A DNA stretch of 64,000 nt from a bacterium (GCA_963674695.2 CAXXGI010000002.1:1-64000), one strand, 5' to 3'. Counted from the first letter of the stretch, positions 18,180 through 31,155 are shown. The notes: generated by a model from the sequence alone, not told the origin. Translations and numbers: made by a program.

Positions 18180-19958
18180 TTATCGGAGCGCATCCAAGAT
18201 CTTCTGGTAGGCCGATTCATAATCGGCGGCATAGTTCGCCTGCACCGTGTCAAAGATGAGCTGCTCCTGCGCACGTCGCATCGTCTGCTTTTCCGTCAGC
18301 GGAAAGATGTCGAGCGTATGCACGAAGTAGCGCATCATCGCATAGTGGCGTTTGAAATTCGTCGAGCGGTCGTGCTCGTCGAAGGTATTCTGATTGAGAT
18401 AGGCGCGCTGCGCGAGTTCCCCGAGCAGGTAGATGCGATATTCGCGATCGCCGATCCCCTTCTCGCCCAGGATCTCCATCTGCCCCTTGATGCGCTCGCC
18501 CTCGACGACGAGCCCTTTGAGCGTCTGCACATATTTGAGCCAGAGCGGAAGCTCCTGCGCGTCGAAATAGTGCTGCAACTGCGCGACCGAGGTGTCGAGA
18601 TATTTCGAGTGACACTCCATCGGATCGAAGGCCGGGAAGAGGCGCGCGCTGGCACGCTTGCGCGAAAGGATCAGCGTCACCTTCGCCGTCTGGATCGCCG
18701 CCTGCGTCGGAGGATCGCCGGCGATGTCACCGCCGTCCGGCGAGAGCGCCGCAACGATCGTGACGGAACCGCGGCGATCATCCCCGCGCTCGCTCGCACA
18801 GACCACGCGGCCGGCACGCTCGAACCATCGCGTGAGGTAGGCGTTCATATAGGCGGGGAAGGCCTGCGGCCCCGGGATCTCGCCCAAGCGTCCGCTCATC
18901 TCGCGCATCCCCTGCGCCTGGCGCGAGAGGGAGTCGGTCAGGAGCAGGACGTCGTACCCCATGTCGCGAAAATATTCGGCGACGGTGGCGCCGACGAGGA
19001 TCGAACCCTCGCGCGCGGCGACCGGCATCGCCGAGGTATTGACGAAGAGCACCGTGCGCTCCATGAGCGGACGCCCGGTGTCCGGATCGATGAGTTTCGG
19101 AAATTCCTTCATCAGCTCCACCATCTCGCCGGCGCGCTCGCCGCAACCGACGTAGACCACGATCTTAATGCGACTGTGGCGCGCCAGATCGTGCTGGCAC
19201 ATCGTCTTGCCCGTGCCGAAGTCGCCCGGCGTGCAGGCCGTGCCCCCGAGCATGATCGGGTTGAATCCATCGATAATGCGAATGCCGGTGTTGAGCATGT
19301 CGGTGAGTTTCAAGCGATGTTTGGCCGGTCGCGGCGCGCGGATCGGCCAACGCTGCATGAGCGCGAGGGAATGTTCCTCCCCCTTCTCATCGACGAGCGT
19401 CGCGATCTTCGCTTCGACGGTGAACGATCCCTTCGCGATCCCCTGAACGGTTCCCTGGGGATATTGCGGCGGCACCATGATGCGGTGTTCGACCAGCTCC
19501 GTCTCCTGCACCACGCCGATCAGATCGCCGGGTCCGATGGTATCGCCGTCGGCAACCAGCGGTGTGAACGCCCACTCCTTTTCGCGATCGAGCGAGGGGA
19601 CCTGTACGCCACGCGGGAGAAAATCGCCGTAACCGTCGAGCGTATTGCCCAGGCCATCGAGCGTGTTGCCGATGAGGCCCGGGCCCAGTTCCACCTGGAT
19701 GAGGTGCCCCGTGAGCCGCACCTCCTCGCCGACCCGGAGATCGGTCGTCTCCTCATAGCACTGCAGATCGGCATGCGAGCCACGCACGCGGATCACCTCG
19801 CCGCGCAGTTTGAGTGGACCGATAAAGGCCTCCTCGTTCATCATGCAGGGAACCCCGCCGCTGCCCATGCCGTGCAGATCTACGACGACAAGGTTATCAT
19901 CGACCATCACGATTTTGACCGTACGCTCTTTCACCGATGCACCCTCCCCACTGATCAT
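18180..19958 (-). CDS. ntpA: V/A-type ATPase subunit A
   Basis: Walker A PGDFGTGKT, GCGERAGEM, NTSAMPVAARE and FPAYM...FERAG. Confidence 0.94.
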   Translation of the reverse strand: MISGEGASVKERTVKIVMVDDNLVVVDLHGMGSGGVPCMMNEEAFIGPLKLRGEVIRVRGSHADLQCYEETTDLRVGEEVRLTGHLIQVELGPGLIGNTLDGLGNTLDGYGDFLPRGVQVPSLDREKEWAFTPLVADGDTIGPGDLIGVVQETELVEHRIMVPPQYPQGTVQGIAKGSFTVEAKIATLVDEKGEEHSLALMQRWPIRAPRPAKHRLKLTDMLNTGIRIIDGFNPIMLGGTACTPGDFGTGKTMCQHDLARHSRIKIVVYVGCGERAGEMVELMKEFPKLIDPDTGRPLMERTVLFVNTSAMPVAAREGSILVGATVAEYFRDMGYDVLLLTDSLSRQAQGMREMSGRLGEIPGPQAFPAYMNAYLTRWFERAGRVVCASERGDDRRGSVTIVAALSPDGGDIAGDPPTQAAIQTAKVTLILSRKRASARLFPAFDPMECHSKYLDTSVAQLQHYFDAQELPLWLKYVQTLKGLVVEGERIKGQMEILGEKGIGDREYRIYLLGELAQRAYLNQNTFDEHDRSTNFKRHYAMMRYFVHTLDIFPLTEKQTMRRAQEQLIFDTVQANYAADYESAYQKILDALR

Positions 19959-20663
19959 TTACGGCTCACTCACTTCCTGTTTCACCCCACTCGCCTCCAC
20001 CTGAACGACGAAACGCGCGACATATCCCAACAGCTCGTCCAGATCGAAGGTGTAGATGGGAGCAATCGCCTGCAACTGAGCCAGGCGCTGCTGCGCCACA
20101 TAGCGGTCCGCGTCCTGCGGCTCCTTTGCGCTCGCCTCGATCGAGTCGAGCCCCTCGATGAGCATCTTGAATTCCTGCGCCCCGCGATGCGGACCCGGGT
20201 CGACGAGCGCGGCCCCTGCCTCCTGATGGAGATGCCCGGCGCGCTGCCGTACCAAGGCATTGCGAAAGCCCACGTCCCAACGCAACCAGGTGCGCAGGAA
20301 TGAGCAGTCGCACGTATCGCTCAGATCATAGAGCCACGCGTAGTACGTCTTCCAAACGAGATCGAAGGGAAGGGCGTGGCTCTCCCCCTCGCGGCGAAGC
20401 GCATCGTCGAGCCAGTGCGGCAGGCCCTGTCTTGCCGCGAGCGCTTCGTCGCTGTAGACGGCACCGATACCCGCCTCGGCACCGATGGCCAGACGGGAGA
20501 GCACGTGTAGATCTACCTTCAGGAGCAGCGCGCGTCCGAGCCGATCGGCCACGCCCCCCTCTTCGGCCAACACGCGCGAGAGCTCGCGCGGCGCAATGGC
20601 CGGAATCGCCCCCGGTTCATCGTCGAGCCGAGGCAGGCGGGAAAAGAGATATTCGTAGGCCAT
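19959..20663 (-). CDS. V/A-type ATPase C-like subunit (DUF2764-like)
   Basis: Lies between E and A; N-terminal YEYLFSRLPRL and C-terminal FDLDELLGY pattern. Confidence 0.7.
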   Translation of the reverse strand: MAYEYLFSRLPRLDDEPGAIPAIAPRELSRVLAEEGGVADRLGRALLLKVDLHVLSRLAIGAEAGIGAVYSDEALAARQGLPHWLDDALRREGESHALPFDLVWKTYYAWLYDLSDTCDCSFLRTWLRWDVGFRNALVRQRAGHLHQEAGAALVDPGPHRGAQEFKMLIEGLDSIEASAKEPQDADRYVAQQRLAQLQAIAPIYTFDLDELLGYVARFVVQVEASGVKQEVSEP

Positions 20664-20665
20664 CC

Positions 20666-21319
20666 CTACTCCGTTGGAAGCTCACCCCGATCGAGGATGG
20701 AACGAAAGCGCTCCGAGACGAAGGGCTTGAGTTCCTCGATGATCGCATTGGTGTCGACGATCAGTTCGCCCCCCACCCCTTCGGCGGAGAGTTTGAAGCC
20801 GGACAGCCCCGCCTCAGCGTGCAGCGTGGCCGGCACGTTGAGCTTGTCGCGCATCAGGCGAATCCATTCCTTGATGAAGGCACCCTCCATCCCCTTCGGG
20901 ATGGTAATGTTGAGGTGCTGCGCCTGTTGTGAAGACTCGCGCTTGGCAAAACCGGTGATGATCTCATCGATGAGCTTCTTGATGAAGTCGGGGTCGGCAA
21001 ACGCCTCGTCGACTTTTTTGCGCAGAGGTTCGAGCGCGACGAGCGTGGTGAGCTCACCGCGCACCTTGAGCAAAAAATCACGCAGCGCGAGGGTGAGCTG
21101 CTGGTCGAGGTGCCGCATCGTCTCGGCCGCTTCCGCCTGAGCTGTCTCAAGGATGCGCTCCGCCTCCGTGCGCGCCTCCTCCACGATGCGCGTCGCCTCG
21201 CGTTTTGCATCCGCGACGATAGCATCCGACTCCTCGCGTCCACGGTCGATTCCCTCCTGCTTGAGGGCATCGATAAGCCCTGCCAGTTCATCCGTGCGTT
21301 CGATCGATTCGCCTGCCAC
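20666..21319 (-). CDS. ntpE: V/A-type ATPase subunit E
   Basis: LIDALKQEGIDRGREE coiled coil, GFKL motif, first gene of the V-type operon; AGGAGG RBS before GTG. Confidence 0.85.
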   Translation of the reverse strand: MAGESIERTDELAGLIDALKQEGIDRGREESDAIVADAKREATRIVEEARTEAERILETAQAEAAETMRHLDQQLTLALRDFLLKVRGELTTLVALEPLRKKVDEAFADPDFIKKLIDEIITGFAKRESSQQAQHLNITIPKGMEGAFIKEWIRLMRDKLNVPATLHAEAGLSGFKLSAEGVGGELIVDTNAIIEELKPFVSERFRSILDRGELPTE

Positions 21320-21335
21320 GTGGGCCTCCTAATAA

Positions 21336-21460
21336 TGGTGATTGGTGATTCGTAATTGGTGATTGGCAAAAACACAATCGATTCAGGCTAGTGATTTGTG
21401 ATTGTTTGTTTGAATTTCACCAATCACCAATCACCAATTACAAATCACCAATCACTATTC
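21336..21460. repeat. 7-bp repeat (GGTGATT)n followed by an inverted arm (AATCACC)n
   Basis: Direct arm at 21336-21366; inverted arm at 21414-21460, overlapping the atpC 3' end. Confidence 0.85.
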
Positions 21461-21716
21461 GCTTGGCCGAGGTGACGATGACGCGCATGGCGTCTCCGGT
21501 CACCTCCGCACAGCCGATGCCGATGTCGAACAGGACGGGGGAATCCTCATCCCCGCGCCGATAGAAGAGTCGCCCTTCGCACAGCAACATCGCCGTGCGA
21601 TCGTGATCGGCCATCACGGTGCGTTCTCCGTCGTAAGCCGGAACCGTCACCGATGCGACCGCCTCGGTCAGGACGAGCCGCCCCTGGGTCACGATGGTCA
21701 GCTGAAATGGTTTCAC
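21438..21716 (-). CDS. atpC: F1 epsilon subunit, short form (beta-sandwich only)
   Basis: Follows atpD; FQLTIVT...VTVPAYDGERTVMADH; 92 aa. Confidence 0.75.
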   Translation of the reverse strand: MKPFQLTIVTQGRLVLTEAVASVTVPAYDGERTVMADHDRTAMLLCEGRLFYRRGDEDSPVLFDIGIGCAEVTGDAMRVIVTSAKRIVIGDL

Positions 21717-21725
21717 CCCGAACCC

Positions 21726-24007
<2,282 letters not shown>

Positions 24008-24039
24008 ATTTTTCCTAAACAAAAACTCATGTTCGCATG

Positions 24040-24128
24040 GTCATCCTGAGCAGAGCGAAGGATCTCCATAAAATCCAAGGGATCCTTCGCGGAGCCTGTC
24101 CTGAGCAACGTCGAATGGCTCAGGATGA
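24040..24128. repeat. REP-like palindrome, GTCATCCTGAGC...GCTCAGGATGA class
   Basis: Terminal inverted repeat with inner GCGAAGGATC/GATCCTTCGC; lies between atpA and atpG. Confidence 0.75.
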
Positions 24129-24138
24129 AAAACATCGG

Positions 24139-25701
24139 CTATGCTCCATCTCCCAACGCCCCGCGGCTGGAGACCGCCGACGCGCGCAGATCGATGGGAA
24201 CAAACTGTCGACGCTGCTCCAGAATGATCGCATCCAACTCAGCCGCCGTCTCCTCGGAGACCTCTCCGCTCGTCCGAATGCGCTCGAGCAGGTCCTGGCA
24301 ATGCTCCTCGAGGTGCCGCGACAAACCGTCGAGGAACGGACGCACCTGTTCGACCTCGAGCGCATCGAGATCGCCCATCACCCCAGAAAAAATCTGCGCC
24401 ACCTGGAGGGCCGTCGACATCGGGCGATATTGTCCCTGTTTGAGCAGCTCGACCAGTCGTTCGCCACGACGAATCTGCTGACGCGTGGCCTCGTCGAGTT
24501 CCGCCCCAAACTGGGCGAACGCAGCCATCTCCCGATACTGCGCCAGATCAATGCGCAGCGTTCCGGAAACGCGTTTCATCGCCTTGGTCTGCGCCGCACC
24601 GCCGACGCGCGAGACGGAGAGCCCCACGTTGATGGCCGGGCGCACGCCCGCATAGAAGAGATCGGACTCGAGATAGATCTGCCCGTCGGTGATCGAAATG
24701 ATGTTCGTCGGAATGTACGCCGAGATGTCCCCGGCCTGCGTCTCAACGATGGGGAGCGCGGTCAGCGACCCACCCCCCGCATCGTCGGAGAGCTTAGCCG
24801 CGCGCTCGAGCAGACGCGAGTGCAGATAGAAGATATCGCCCGGGTAGGCCTCGCGGCCTGGCGGGCGTCGCAAGAGGAGTGAAATCTGCCGATAGGCGAC
24901 CGCGTGTTTGGACAGATCGTCATAGACGAGCAGCGCATGCCGCCCCGAATCGCGAAAGGCCTCACCCATGGTCACGCCGCTATAGGGAGCGAGGAACTGC
25001 AACGGCGCCGGATCCGCGGCACCGGCGACGACGACGGTGGTATATTCCATCGCGCCATGCGCGCGCAGCACATCGACCACGCGCGCGACCGTGGAGACCT
25101 TTTGACCGATCGCGACGTAGATGCAGAAAACCCCTTCGCCTTTCTGGCGCAGGATGGCATCGATGGCGATCGCCGTCTTGCCCGTCTGGCGATCGCCGAT
25201 GATGAGTTCGCGTTGCCCGCGACCGATCGGCGTCATGGAATCGACCGCTTTGAGTCCCGTGTAGAGCGGTTCGCTCACCGGCTGTCGCGCGACGATTCCA
25301 GGCGCGCGTTCTTCGACCGGGCGCAGCACATCGCGCTTGATCTCGCCGCCCCCATCGATCGGATTTCCCAGCGCATCGACGACGCGACCGACGACGGCAT
25401 CGCCCACGGGAACCGATGCGATTCGTCCGGTACGACGCACCTCATCCCCCTCGCGCAGATGCACGTCGTCGCCCATCACCGCAATGCCGACTGAATCTTC
25501 TTCGAGATTGAGAACGATCCCCGCAACGCCACCGGGAAACTCGACCAGCTCTCCGGCCATAACGCCGGCGAGCCCATAGACGTGCGCGATGCCGTCGCCG
25601 ACCGAGACGATCGAACCGGTCTCGTCGGTGGTCGGCGACACATCGTATCCGGCGATACGATCCTTGATGATGCGACTGATCTCATCGACTCGAATCTGCA
25701 T
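24139..25701 (-). CDS. atpA: F1 alpha subunit
   Basis: GDRQTGKT and [12 protein letters not shown]. Confidence 0.98.
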   Translation of the reverse strand: MQIRVDEISRIIKDRIAGYDVSPTTDETGSIVSVGDGIAHVYGLAGVMAGELVEFPGGVAGIVLNLEEDSVGIAVMGDDVHLREGDEVRRTGRIASVPVGDAVVGRVVDALGNPIDGGGEIKRDVLRPVEERAPGIVARQPVSEPLYTGLKAVDSMTPIGRGQRELIIGDRQTGKTAIAIDAILRQKGEGVFCIYVAIGQKVSTVARVVDVLRAHGAMEYTTVVVAGAADPAPLQFLAPYSGVTMGEAFRDSGRHALLVYDDLSKHAVAYRQISLLLRRPPGREAYPGDIFYLHSRLLERAAKLSDDAGGGSLTALPIVETQAGDISAYIPTNIISITDGQIYLESDLFYAGVRPAINVGLSVSRVGGAAQTKAMKRVSGTLRIDLAQYREMAAFAQFGAELDEATRQQIRRGERLVELLKQGQYRPMSTALQVAQIFSGVMGDLDALEVEQVRPFLDGLSRHLEEHCQDLLERIRTSGEVSEETAAELDAIILEQRRQFVPIDLRASAVSSRGALGDGA

Positions 25702-25716
25702 CGACGCCTTCCCCCT

Positions 25717-25744
25717 GATTGACCTGACTCGCCTGACTCGCCCC
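25717..25744. repeat. Short 9-bp repeat (CCTGACTCG)x2-3
   Basis: Related to the reverse complement of the 13575 repeat. Confidence 0.5.
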
Positions 25745-26286
25745 TATGCCAACATCTGTTCCTTCATGCGATCGAGCCCACCCTTCAGGCTCGCATCGAA
25801 CTGCGTATCCCCGATCGCCATCACAAAGCCGCCGAGAATCGATGGATCGACGATCACATCCAAGGTGACCTCGCATCCGAGCAGGTCGCACAGGATGGTC
25901 CCCAACTGTTTTCGTAGCGCATGAACAGCATCGCCGTCAAACACCCAGGCCCGCGCGCGCGCCAGGTGTCGAATGGTGCGCACGCGATCAGCGACGTCCT
26001 CGAGCACGCGCGGTATCAAGTAGACGCAATTCTTTTCGATGAGCAGGCAAAGCGCATTCACCCAGATGGAATCGAGCTGCAGCGACGCCCCGATTTCGCG
26101 CGCGGCGCTCATGCGCTCAGGGAACGAGGCGCGTTCATCGGCCAGGCCACCGATCAACGCGGGCACCGCCGCGATGGCCTCGATCAGATGCACACGTCCC
26201 TCGTCGATGCGATCGACACATCCCCGCTCGATCGCCAGCTCGACGATCGCCTTGCTATAGCGTTTTGCCTTAACTCGATCGCGCAT
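25744..26286 (-). CDS. atpH: F1 delta subunit
   Basis: AKRYSKA and VDPSILGG...GDTQFDASLK. Confidence 0.88.
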   Translation of the reverse strand: MRDRVKAKRYSKAIVELAIERGCVDRIDEGRVHLIEAIAAVPALIGGLADERASFPERMSAAREIGASLQLDSIWVNALCLLIEKNCVYLIPRVLEDVADRVRTIRHLARARAWVFDGDAVHALRKQLGTILCDLLGCEVTLDVIVDPSILGGFVMAIGDTQFDASLKGGLDRMKEQMLA

Positions 26287-26298
26287 GCAGCTCCTCGA

Positions 26299-26829
26299 TC
26301 AACGCTGATGCTGGGGGGTGCGTTCCACCATCCCCTGTGGATGAAACCCGGACATTCCGGCCAGATCGGCAAGCCCTCGGTCGATGAGCGCGCGATCCTG
26401 CTCCGGGCGAATGCCGGCGCGCAACAGCCGCTCGGCGCGCTCGAAGGCATCGGTGAGCAATCGTTGCCCCACCAGATCAGCTGCATGGGCACGCTCGTCA
26501 TCGGCGCGCTGACAAGCCTTGGCAATGATCCGCTGGACGCGAGCGCCCGCTTCATCGAGTATATGCGCGCGCTCCTGCTGCGCGCCTCTGTCCACCATCG
26601 CTCGGCGGGAAGCGATATCTTCTTCCAACGTTACCTGCATGCGACGACTGCGCGCGACGTGGACGCGCGCCTGCCGCAACTCCCAGACGGCACTGGTCTC
26701 CTCCTTGCGCACGCGCATGGCACGTGCGTAGAAAAAGTTGCGTGAGGCTCGACGCAGCAGCAGATAAAAACCGCCGACGAGCAGTCCGAAATTGATGACG
26801 CTGAGAATGAAGCGTATCGGTGTCGACAT
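26299..26829 (-). CDS. atpF: Fo subunit b
   Basis: INFGLLVGG transmembrane segment then coiled coil; operon position. Confidence 0.78.
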   Translation of the reverse strand: MSTPIRFILSVINFGLLVGGFYLLLRRASRNFFYARAMRVRKEETSAVWELRQARVHVARSRRMQVTLEEDIASRRAMVDRGAQQERAHILDEAGARVQRIIAKACQRADDERAHAADLVGQRLLTDAFERAERLLRAGIRPEQDRALIDRGLADLAGMSGFHPQGMVERTPQHQR

Positions 26830-26846
26830 GCCGCGTTTTCCCCTTT

Positions 26847-27296
26847 TCAGCGGCCGCCAAGAAGACGGTCGACGATGCCCTGTGAGATCCGCCCGACCTG
26901 ATCGTTCATATCCTGAACGATAGAGACCTCGGAGGATTCGATCGAGAGATCCGCCGACGCCTCGATCTCCTTGCCCTGTGCGCGGGCCTCGGCGACCATC
27001 TCCTCGGCCTCCTTGTGCGCCTCGGAAATGCGGCGAACGCGATCATCGTGCGCTACGCGCAGAGCCGCAGCGATGGTGGCGGTCCGTTCATCGTCCAAGC
27101 GCGCCGCCTCGAGACCAAGGGATGCCGCCTCGGCTCGCGAACTGTCGGTATATTCATGGCGCCAATCGAGCACCCGCATCGCCGGCTGCACCACCAACCG
27201 GTTCAGGATGACCAACGCCAGGAGAAAGATGACCAGCTGCAGAAAGAAACTCACATCCGGCAGCAGGTGGATGGTAATCGATGCGACCGGCAGCAT
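26847..27296 (-). CDS. atpF: Fo subunit b'
   Basis: PDVSFFLQLVIFLLALVILNRLVVQP followed by coiled coil. Confidence 0.78.
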   Translation of the reverse strand: MLPVASITIHLLPDVSFFLQLVIFLLALVILNRLVVQPAMRVLDWRHEYTDSSRAEAASLGLEAARLDDERTATIAAALRVAHDDRVRRISEAHKEAEEMVAEARAQGKEIEASADLSIESSEVSIVQDMNDQVGRISQGIVDRLLGGR

Positions 27297-27308
27297 CCGC
27301 ACTCCCCC

Positions 27309-27752
27309 TTACATCATCAGCGAATCCTCGCCATCGTTCTCTTCGTAGTAGGTTCCCTCTTCGCGCGACCCTTCGGGCGCGGTCGTCTCGAGGGTGGCCT
27401 CCCCCTCCATGCCGGCCGCCATCTGCGAACGGCCCTGAAAGATGGCGCCCTCTTCGATGACGAGCGCGGGCGTGTTGATGTTGGCCACGAGCTCCGCGCC
27501 GCGACGCAATTCGACGCGCTGCTTGGCCTCGATGAGGCCCTGCACATGCCCCTCTATAATGATAGTGTCGACCTGGATGCGGGCATCGACCTTCGCCTCA
27601 CTCCCCACAACGAGCGTTCCATCGGAAAGGATCTCACCGCGAAAATCGCCGTTGATCTGCACCGTTCCATCGAACGCCAGCTTCCCCTCGAAGCTGCAGC
27701 CGCGATCGAGCAGGCCATTGATCTGACTGTAATCCTTGTTGTTGCGACCCAT
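27309..27752 (-). CDS. Bactofilin (polymer-forming cytoskeletal protein)
   Basis: FEGKLAFDGTVQING...LVIEEGAIFQG beta-helix repeats. Confidence 0.9.
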   Translation of the reverse strand: MGRNNKDYSQINGLLDRGCSFEGKLAFDGTVQINGDFRGEILSDGTLVVGSEAKVDARIQVDTIIIEGHVQGLIEAKQRVELRRGAELVANINTPALVIEEGAIFQGRSQMAAGMEGEATLETTAPEGSREEGTYYEENDGEDSLMM

Positions 27753-27807
27753 ATTCTCCTCCTCCGGTATGCCCTGCGTAGCGGGGCGAGGCTCCTTCAT
27801 CCTGCGT

Positions 27808-28665
27808 TCATCGGGTGATGTGTCGATAGATCCGATCGAGATCCTGTGCCGAATAGTATTCGATGGTGAGCTTCCCGCCCTTTCCCGTCGGCTCGATTCG
27901 TACCTTTGTGCCGAGCGCCTGTTTGAGCGACTCACTCAGGGCATTCATCTGCGGCGTCAGCGGTGTCTGCGAACGTTTTTTTCTTGTAGCACCGGCCGTT
28001 CTCGACTGCACCATCTTTTCCACATCGCGAACGGTCGGCATCTCGCGCACGATGCGCTCGCGCATCTTGAGTTGCTCATGCAACCCGGGCAGACCCAACA
28101 GGGCACGGGCATGCCCCGCCGAATAGCGCCCAGAGGCAACATCGTCCTGGACCAGGCGCGGAAGCTTGAGCAGACGCAGCGTATTCGCTACCGCAACGCG
28201 CGACTTGCCCACCTTCGCGGAGGCCTCCTCCTGCGTATAGTTGAATTGTTCGATCAGCTCCTGATAGGCGCGCGCCTCCTCGATCGCATTGAGGTCCTCG
28301 CGCTGGATGTTCTCGATGATGGCCAGCGCAAGCAGCCCCTCGTCATCGGCGGATTTGACGATGACCGGAACTTCATCGAGCTCCGCCATGCGCGATGCGC
28401 GCAGCCGTCGTTCGCCCGCGATGAGCTCATAGCGCCCATCCGGCATCGCCACGACGATCAGCGGCTGCAACACCCCCTGCGAACGGATCGAATCGGCCAG
28501 TTCCCGCAGTTTTTCCTCATCGAAGACCGTACGCGGCTGCAACCGGTTGGGCACAATCGCATCGACCGAAACCGTGCGATAGGGCTGATCTTCCGCTCCC
28601 CGCTCCTTGATCGGGGGCGGGATGAGCGATTCGAGACCGCGACCAAGACCACGCTTTGACTGCAT
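27808..28665 (-). CDS. parB: Chromosome partitioning protein ParB
   Basis: RGLGRGL, IAGERRLRA, ENIQREDL and an HTH. Confidence 0.96.
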   Translation of the reverse strand: MQSKRGLGRGLESLIPPPIKERGAEDQPYRTVSVDAIVPNRLQPRTVFDEEKLRELADSIRSQGVLQPLIVVAMPDGRYELIAGERRLRASRMAELDEVPVIVKSADDEGLLALAIIENIQREDLNAIEEARAYQELIEQFNYTQEEASAKVGKSRVAVANTLRLLKLPRLVQDDVASGRYSAGHARALLGLPGLHEQLKMRERIVREMPTVRDVEKMVQSRTAGATRKKRSQTPLTPQMNALSESLKQALGTKVRIEPTGKGGKLTIEYYSAQDLDRIYRHITR

Positions 28666-28747
28666 GACAACCTCCTCGCCCGGGGATCTCACGATCGATC
28701 GAACCGGGGAAAATATCAACATACATCAATAATAACAAACGGTTACG

Positions 28748-29557
28748 CTATCCGCCCGGCACGGCTGGCACGGCGGGGGCCAATCCATCCGCCTGCTTTG
28801 GCAGCGCCAAAACCTCCCGCGCGAGATCAAAATAGCTCTGTGCACCGCGCGAAGAGACGTCGTAGAGGAGAATCGGTTTGCCGTGACTCGGGGCCTCGCT
28901 CAGGCGCACGTTGCGCGGGATGACGACCTCAAAGACGGCGTCCTTATAATGGTGGCGCATTTCATCCTGGACCTGGTGCGCGAGCTTGTTGCGCGCATCG
29001 AACATCGTCAGTACGATGCCACGGACCCGGAGATCGGGATTGAGCTGTCCCCGAACGAGACCGATCGTCCGCTGGAGATCCGCGATCCCCTCCATGGCAA
29101 AGTATTCGCACTGTACGGGAATGAGGACCGATGTCGCGGCAACCAGGGCGTTGAGCGTCAGGAGACTCAGCGAAGGGGGACAATCGATGATGATGAAGTC
29201 AAAATGGCTCCGAATCTCTTCCAGACGATCCTTGAGAATTGTTTCACGTGAAACCGTCCCGACCAACTCCACTTCAGCACCCACGAGCTGTGTATTCGAG
29301 GGGACGATTTTGAGGCAGGCGAGCTCCGTCGAACGCATGACCGTCGCCACGTCCAGATTATCGAGCATGACGTCATAGATGCTGTGTTCGACGCGGTGCT
29401 TATCGATCCCCATTCCCGTCGTTGCATTCCCCTGGGAGTCGAGATCGATCAGGAGGGTTCGTTTCTCTGCCGCAGCAAGCGATGCGGAGAGATTGATCGC
29501 CGTCGTCGTCTTTCCGACGCCGCCCTTCTGGTTGCAGATCGCTATGATTTCCGCCAT
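28748..29557 (-). CDS. parA: ParA/Soj ATPase
   Basis: NQKGGVGKTT, IDCPPSL and NVRLSEAPSHG. Confidence 0.96.
   Translation of the reverse strand: MAEIIAICNQKGGVGKTTTAINLSASLAAAEKRTLLIDLDSQGNATTGMGIDKHRVEHSIYDVMLDNLDVATVMRSTELACLKIVPSNTQLVGAEVELVGTVSRETILKDRLEEIRSHFDFIIIDCPPSLSLLTLNALVAATSVLIPVQCEYFAMEGIADLQRTIGLVRGQLNPDLRVRGIVLTMFDARNKLAHQVQDEMRHHYKDAVFEVVIPRNVRLSEAPSHGKPILLYDVSSRGAQSYFDLAREVLALPKQADGLAPAVPAVPGG
29240..29255. promoter_or_regulatory. parS site inside parA
   Basis: TGTTTCACGTGAAACC (15/16 match to consensus). Confidence 0.8.
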
Positions 29558-29628
29558 AAACCCCCCGCCAGCAGGAGACGACCCCCGTTGATTACGCCCA
29601 CCGGGGGAAAAGTGCAATCATAAACCCC

Positions 29629-29644
29629 TGTTTCACGTGAAACA
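29629..29644. promoter_or_regulatory. parS site
   Basis: Perfect palindrome TGTTTCACGTGAAACA. Confidence 0.93.
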
Positions 29645-29686
29645 ATTGGGCATGCCCAGACCAGACATGCAGACTTTGTCTAATGA

Positions 29687-30295
29687 TTACAATGGCTTAT
29701 CATTGTTTCGGAAGAGGAGTAGACATCGCTGCTCGCCGGAGAAGAGGGAATATTCATGGACGCGCTCGAGGCTTGCCCGGAGGGAGGCCTGCGTCGCCCC
29801 CGCGTCGGAGAGCTCTTCTTGCCACTTTGGGCCCTTCATCGCGATAATCTGCCCATTCGGCCTGACAAACCGCGATGCCATCCAGAGATACTCCTTGAGC
29901 GCCCAGGTTGCCCGAGAAATGACGGTGTCAAATATCCCGACACTTTCTGAGGCCTTTTTGTCCTCAGCACGCGCACACACCGTCTGAATACCCGAAAGCC
30001 CAATACGTCGGATAACCTCATCACAGAAGGAGACCTTCTTTCGGGTCGCATCCAGGAGGGTGACGTCCAGATCGGGGCGCTCGATTTTGAGGATCACTCC
30101 GGGCAGCCCTGCCCCCGTGCCCAGGTCGATGAGGCGCGCCCCCAGGGCGATGTGGGGCAGGACGTGCAATGCATCCTCGACGTGTGTCGACCAGAGGGCA
30201 TCGTCAGCGACGGAGGTGAGGTTGATGCGTGCATTCCATTTACGCAACAACTCCAGAAATTGCTCGATCTGTTCGGGATGTATCGGTGCAACCAT
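29687..30295 (-). CDS. rsmG: 16S rRNA m7G527 methyltransferase
   Basis: WNARINLTS, DLGTGAGLPG, RAE and SRA; lies upstream of parA. Confidence 0.93.
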   Translation of the reverse strand: MVAPIHPEQIEQFLELLRKWNARINLTSVADDALWSTHVEDALHVLPHIALGARLIDLGTGAGLPGVILKIERPDLDVTLLDATRKKVSFCDEVIRRIGLSGIQTVCARAEDKKASESVGIFDTVISRATWALKEYLWMASRFVRPNGQIIAMKGPKWQEELSDAGATQASLRASLERVHEYSLFSGEQRCLLLFRNNDKPL

Positions 30296-30303
30296 CGCTA
30301 CCT

Positions 30304-31155
30304 TCAGAGATTGATGCGCAGACCTTCTCGCGCCAGATCCACGCGCAGCCGACCCTTGCGGGCACGGACCCATGCGCGCGCGCGCCCGAGAATCTCGCGC
30401 AGATGTCGGTCATCATCCTCGGGATCGAAGTGAAAGAAATAGAGATGCGGGATCCCCGCCTCGAGCGCCAGCGTGAGCGGATACGTAAAGGGGGAGTGTC
30501 CCCAGCCCTCATGCCGCCCATATCCCTCGGGCGTATACTGCGCATCGTGGATGAGGACATCGGCCCCTTCCATCCAGCGCGTGAGGCGACGCACCTCCTG
30601 CTTCGAATCCGGCTCGTTGTCGGTGACGTGCACAAGCCGACGTCCATCCGGAAGGGTGAATCGCCATCCGAGCGAACCGCCCGGATGATGCACGGCATGC
30701 GGCTTCACGCGAATGTCGCCCACACGAAAGGCGCGCTCGGTCAACGTCTTCGTCGTGAGGTCCGAAGGAATCGCGGAGAAGGGAACCGGGAAGTAGGGCG
30801 GCGCCATCGCGCGCTTGAGCGCGGCACCAAAGGTCATCTCCTTCGCGCCCGGACCGGCGATGACGAAGCGGTTGCGCTTCATGTAGAGCGGCTTGAAGAA
30901 GGGGAGCCCTATATAATGATCGAGGTGCAGGTGCGAGAGCAGAATCGTCGCATCGATCGGCTGCTTCTTGAGTCGCCGCATCAGATGCAGGCCACACGCG
31001 CGAATGCCGGTGCCCGCATCACAGATGATGCGGCTCTGGCCCGACTCGATCTCGAGGCACGCGGTGTTGCCACCGAAACGAACGGTGCTCGCCCCCGGCG
31101 TCGCCATCGACCCGCGCACACCCCAAAACGTGATCTGTACCTTTGGCTTGGCCAT
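30304..31155 (-). CDS. MBL-fold metallohydrolase
   Basis: FWGVRGS, GGNTAC, SHLHLDH, HDAQY, GWGHS and FHFDP. Confidence 0.9.
   Translation of the reverse strand: MAKPKVQITFWGVRGSMATPGASTVRFGGNTACLEIESGQSRIICDAGTGIRACGLHLMRRLKKQPIDATILLSHLHLDHYIGLPFFKPLYMKRNRFVIAGPGAKEMTFGAALKRAMAPPYFPVPFSAIPSDLTTKTLTERAFRVGDIRVKPHAVHHPGGSLGWRFTLPDGRRLVHVTDNEPDSKQEVRRLTRWMEGADVLIHDAQYTPEGYGRHEGWGHSPFTYPLTLALEAGIPHLYFFHFDPEDDDRHLREILGRARAWVRARKGRLRVDLAREGLRINL

Noticed and set aside
13575-21460. Repeat arrays as CRISPR
   Set aside because: Units are 7-9 bp with no unique spacers, and no cas genes are present.
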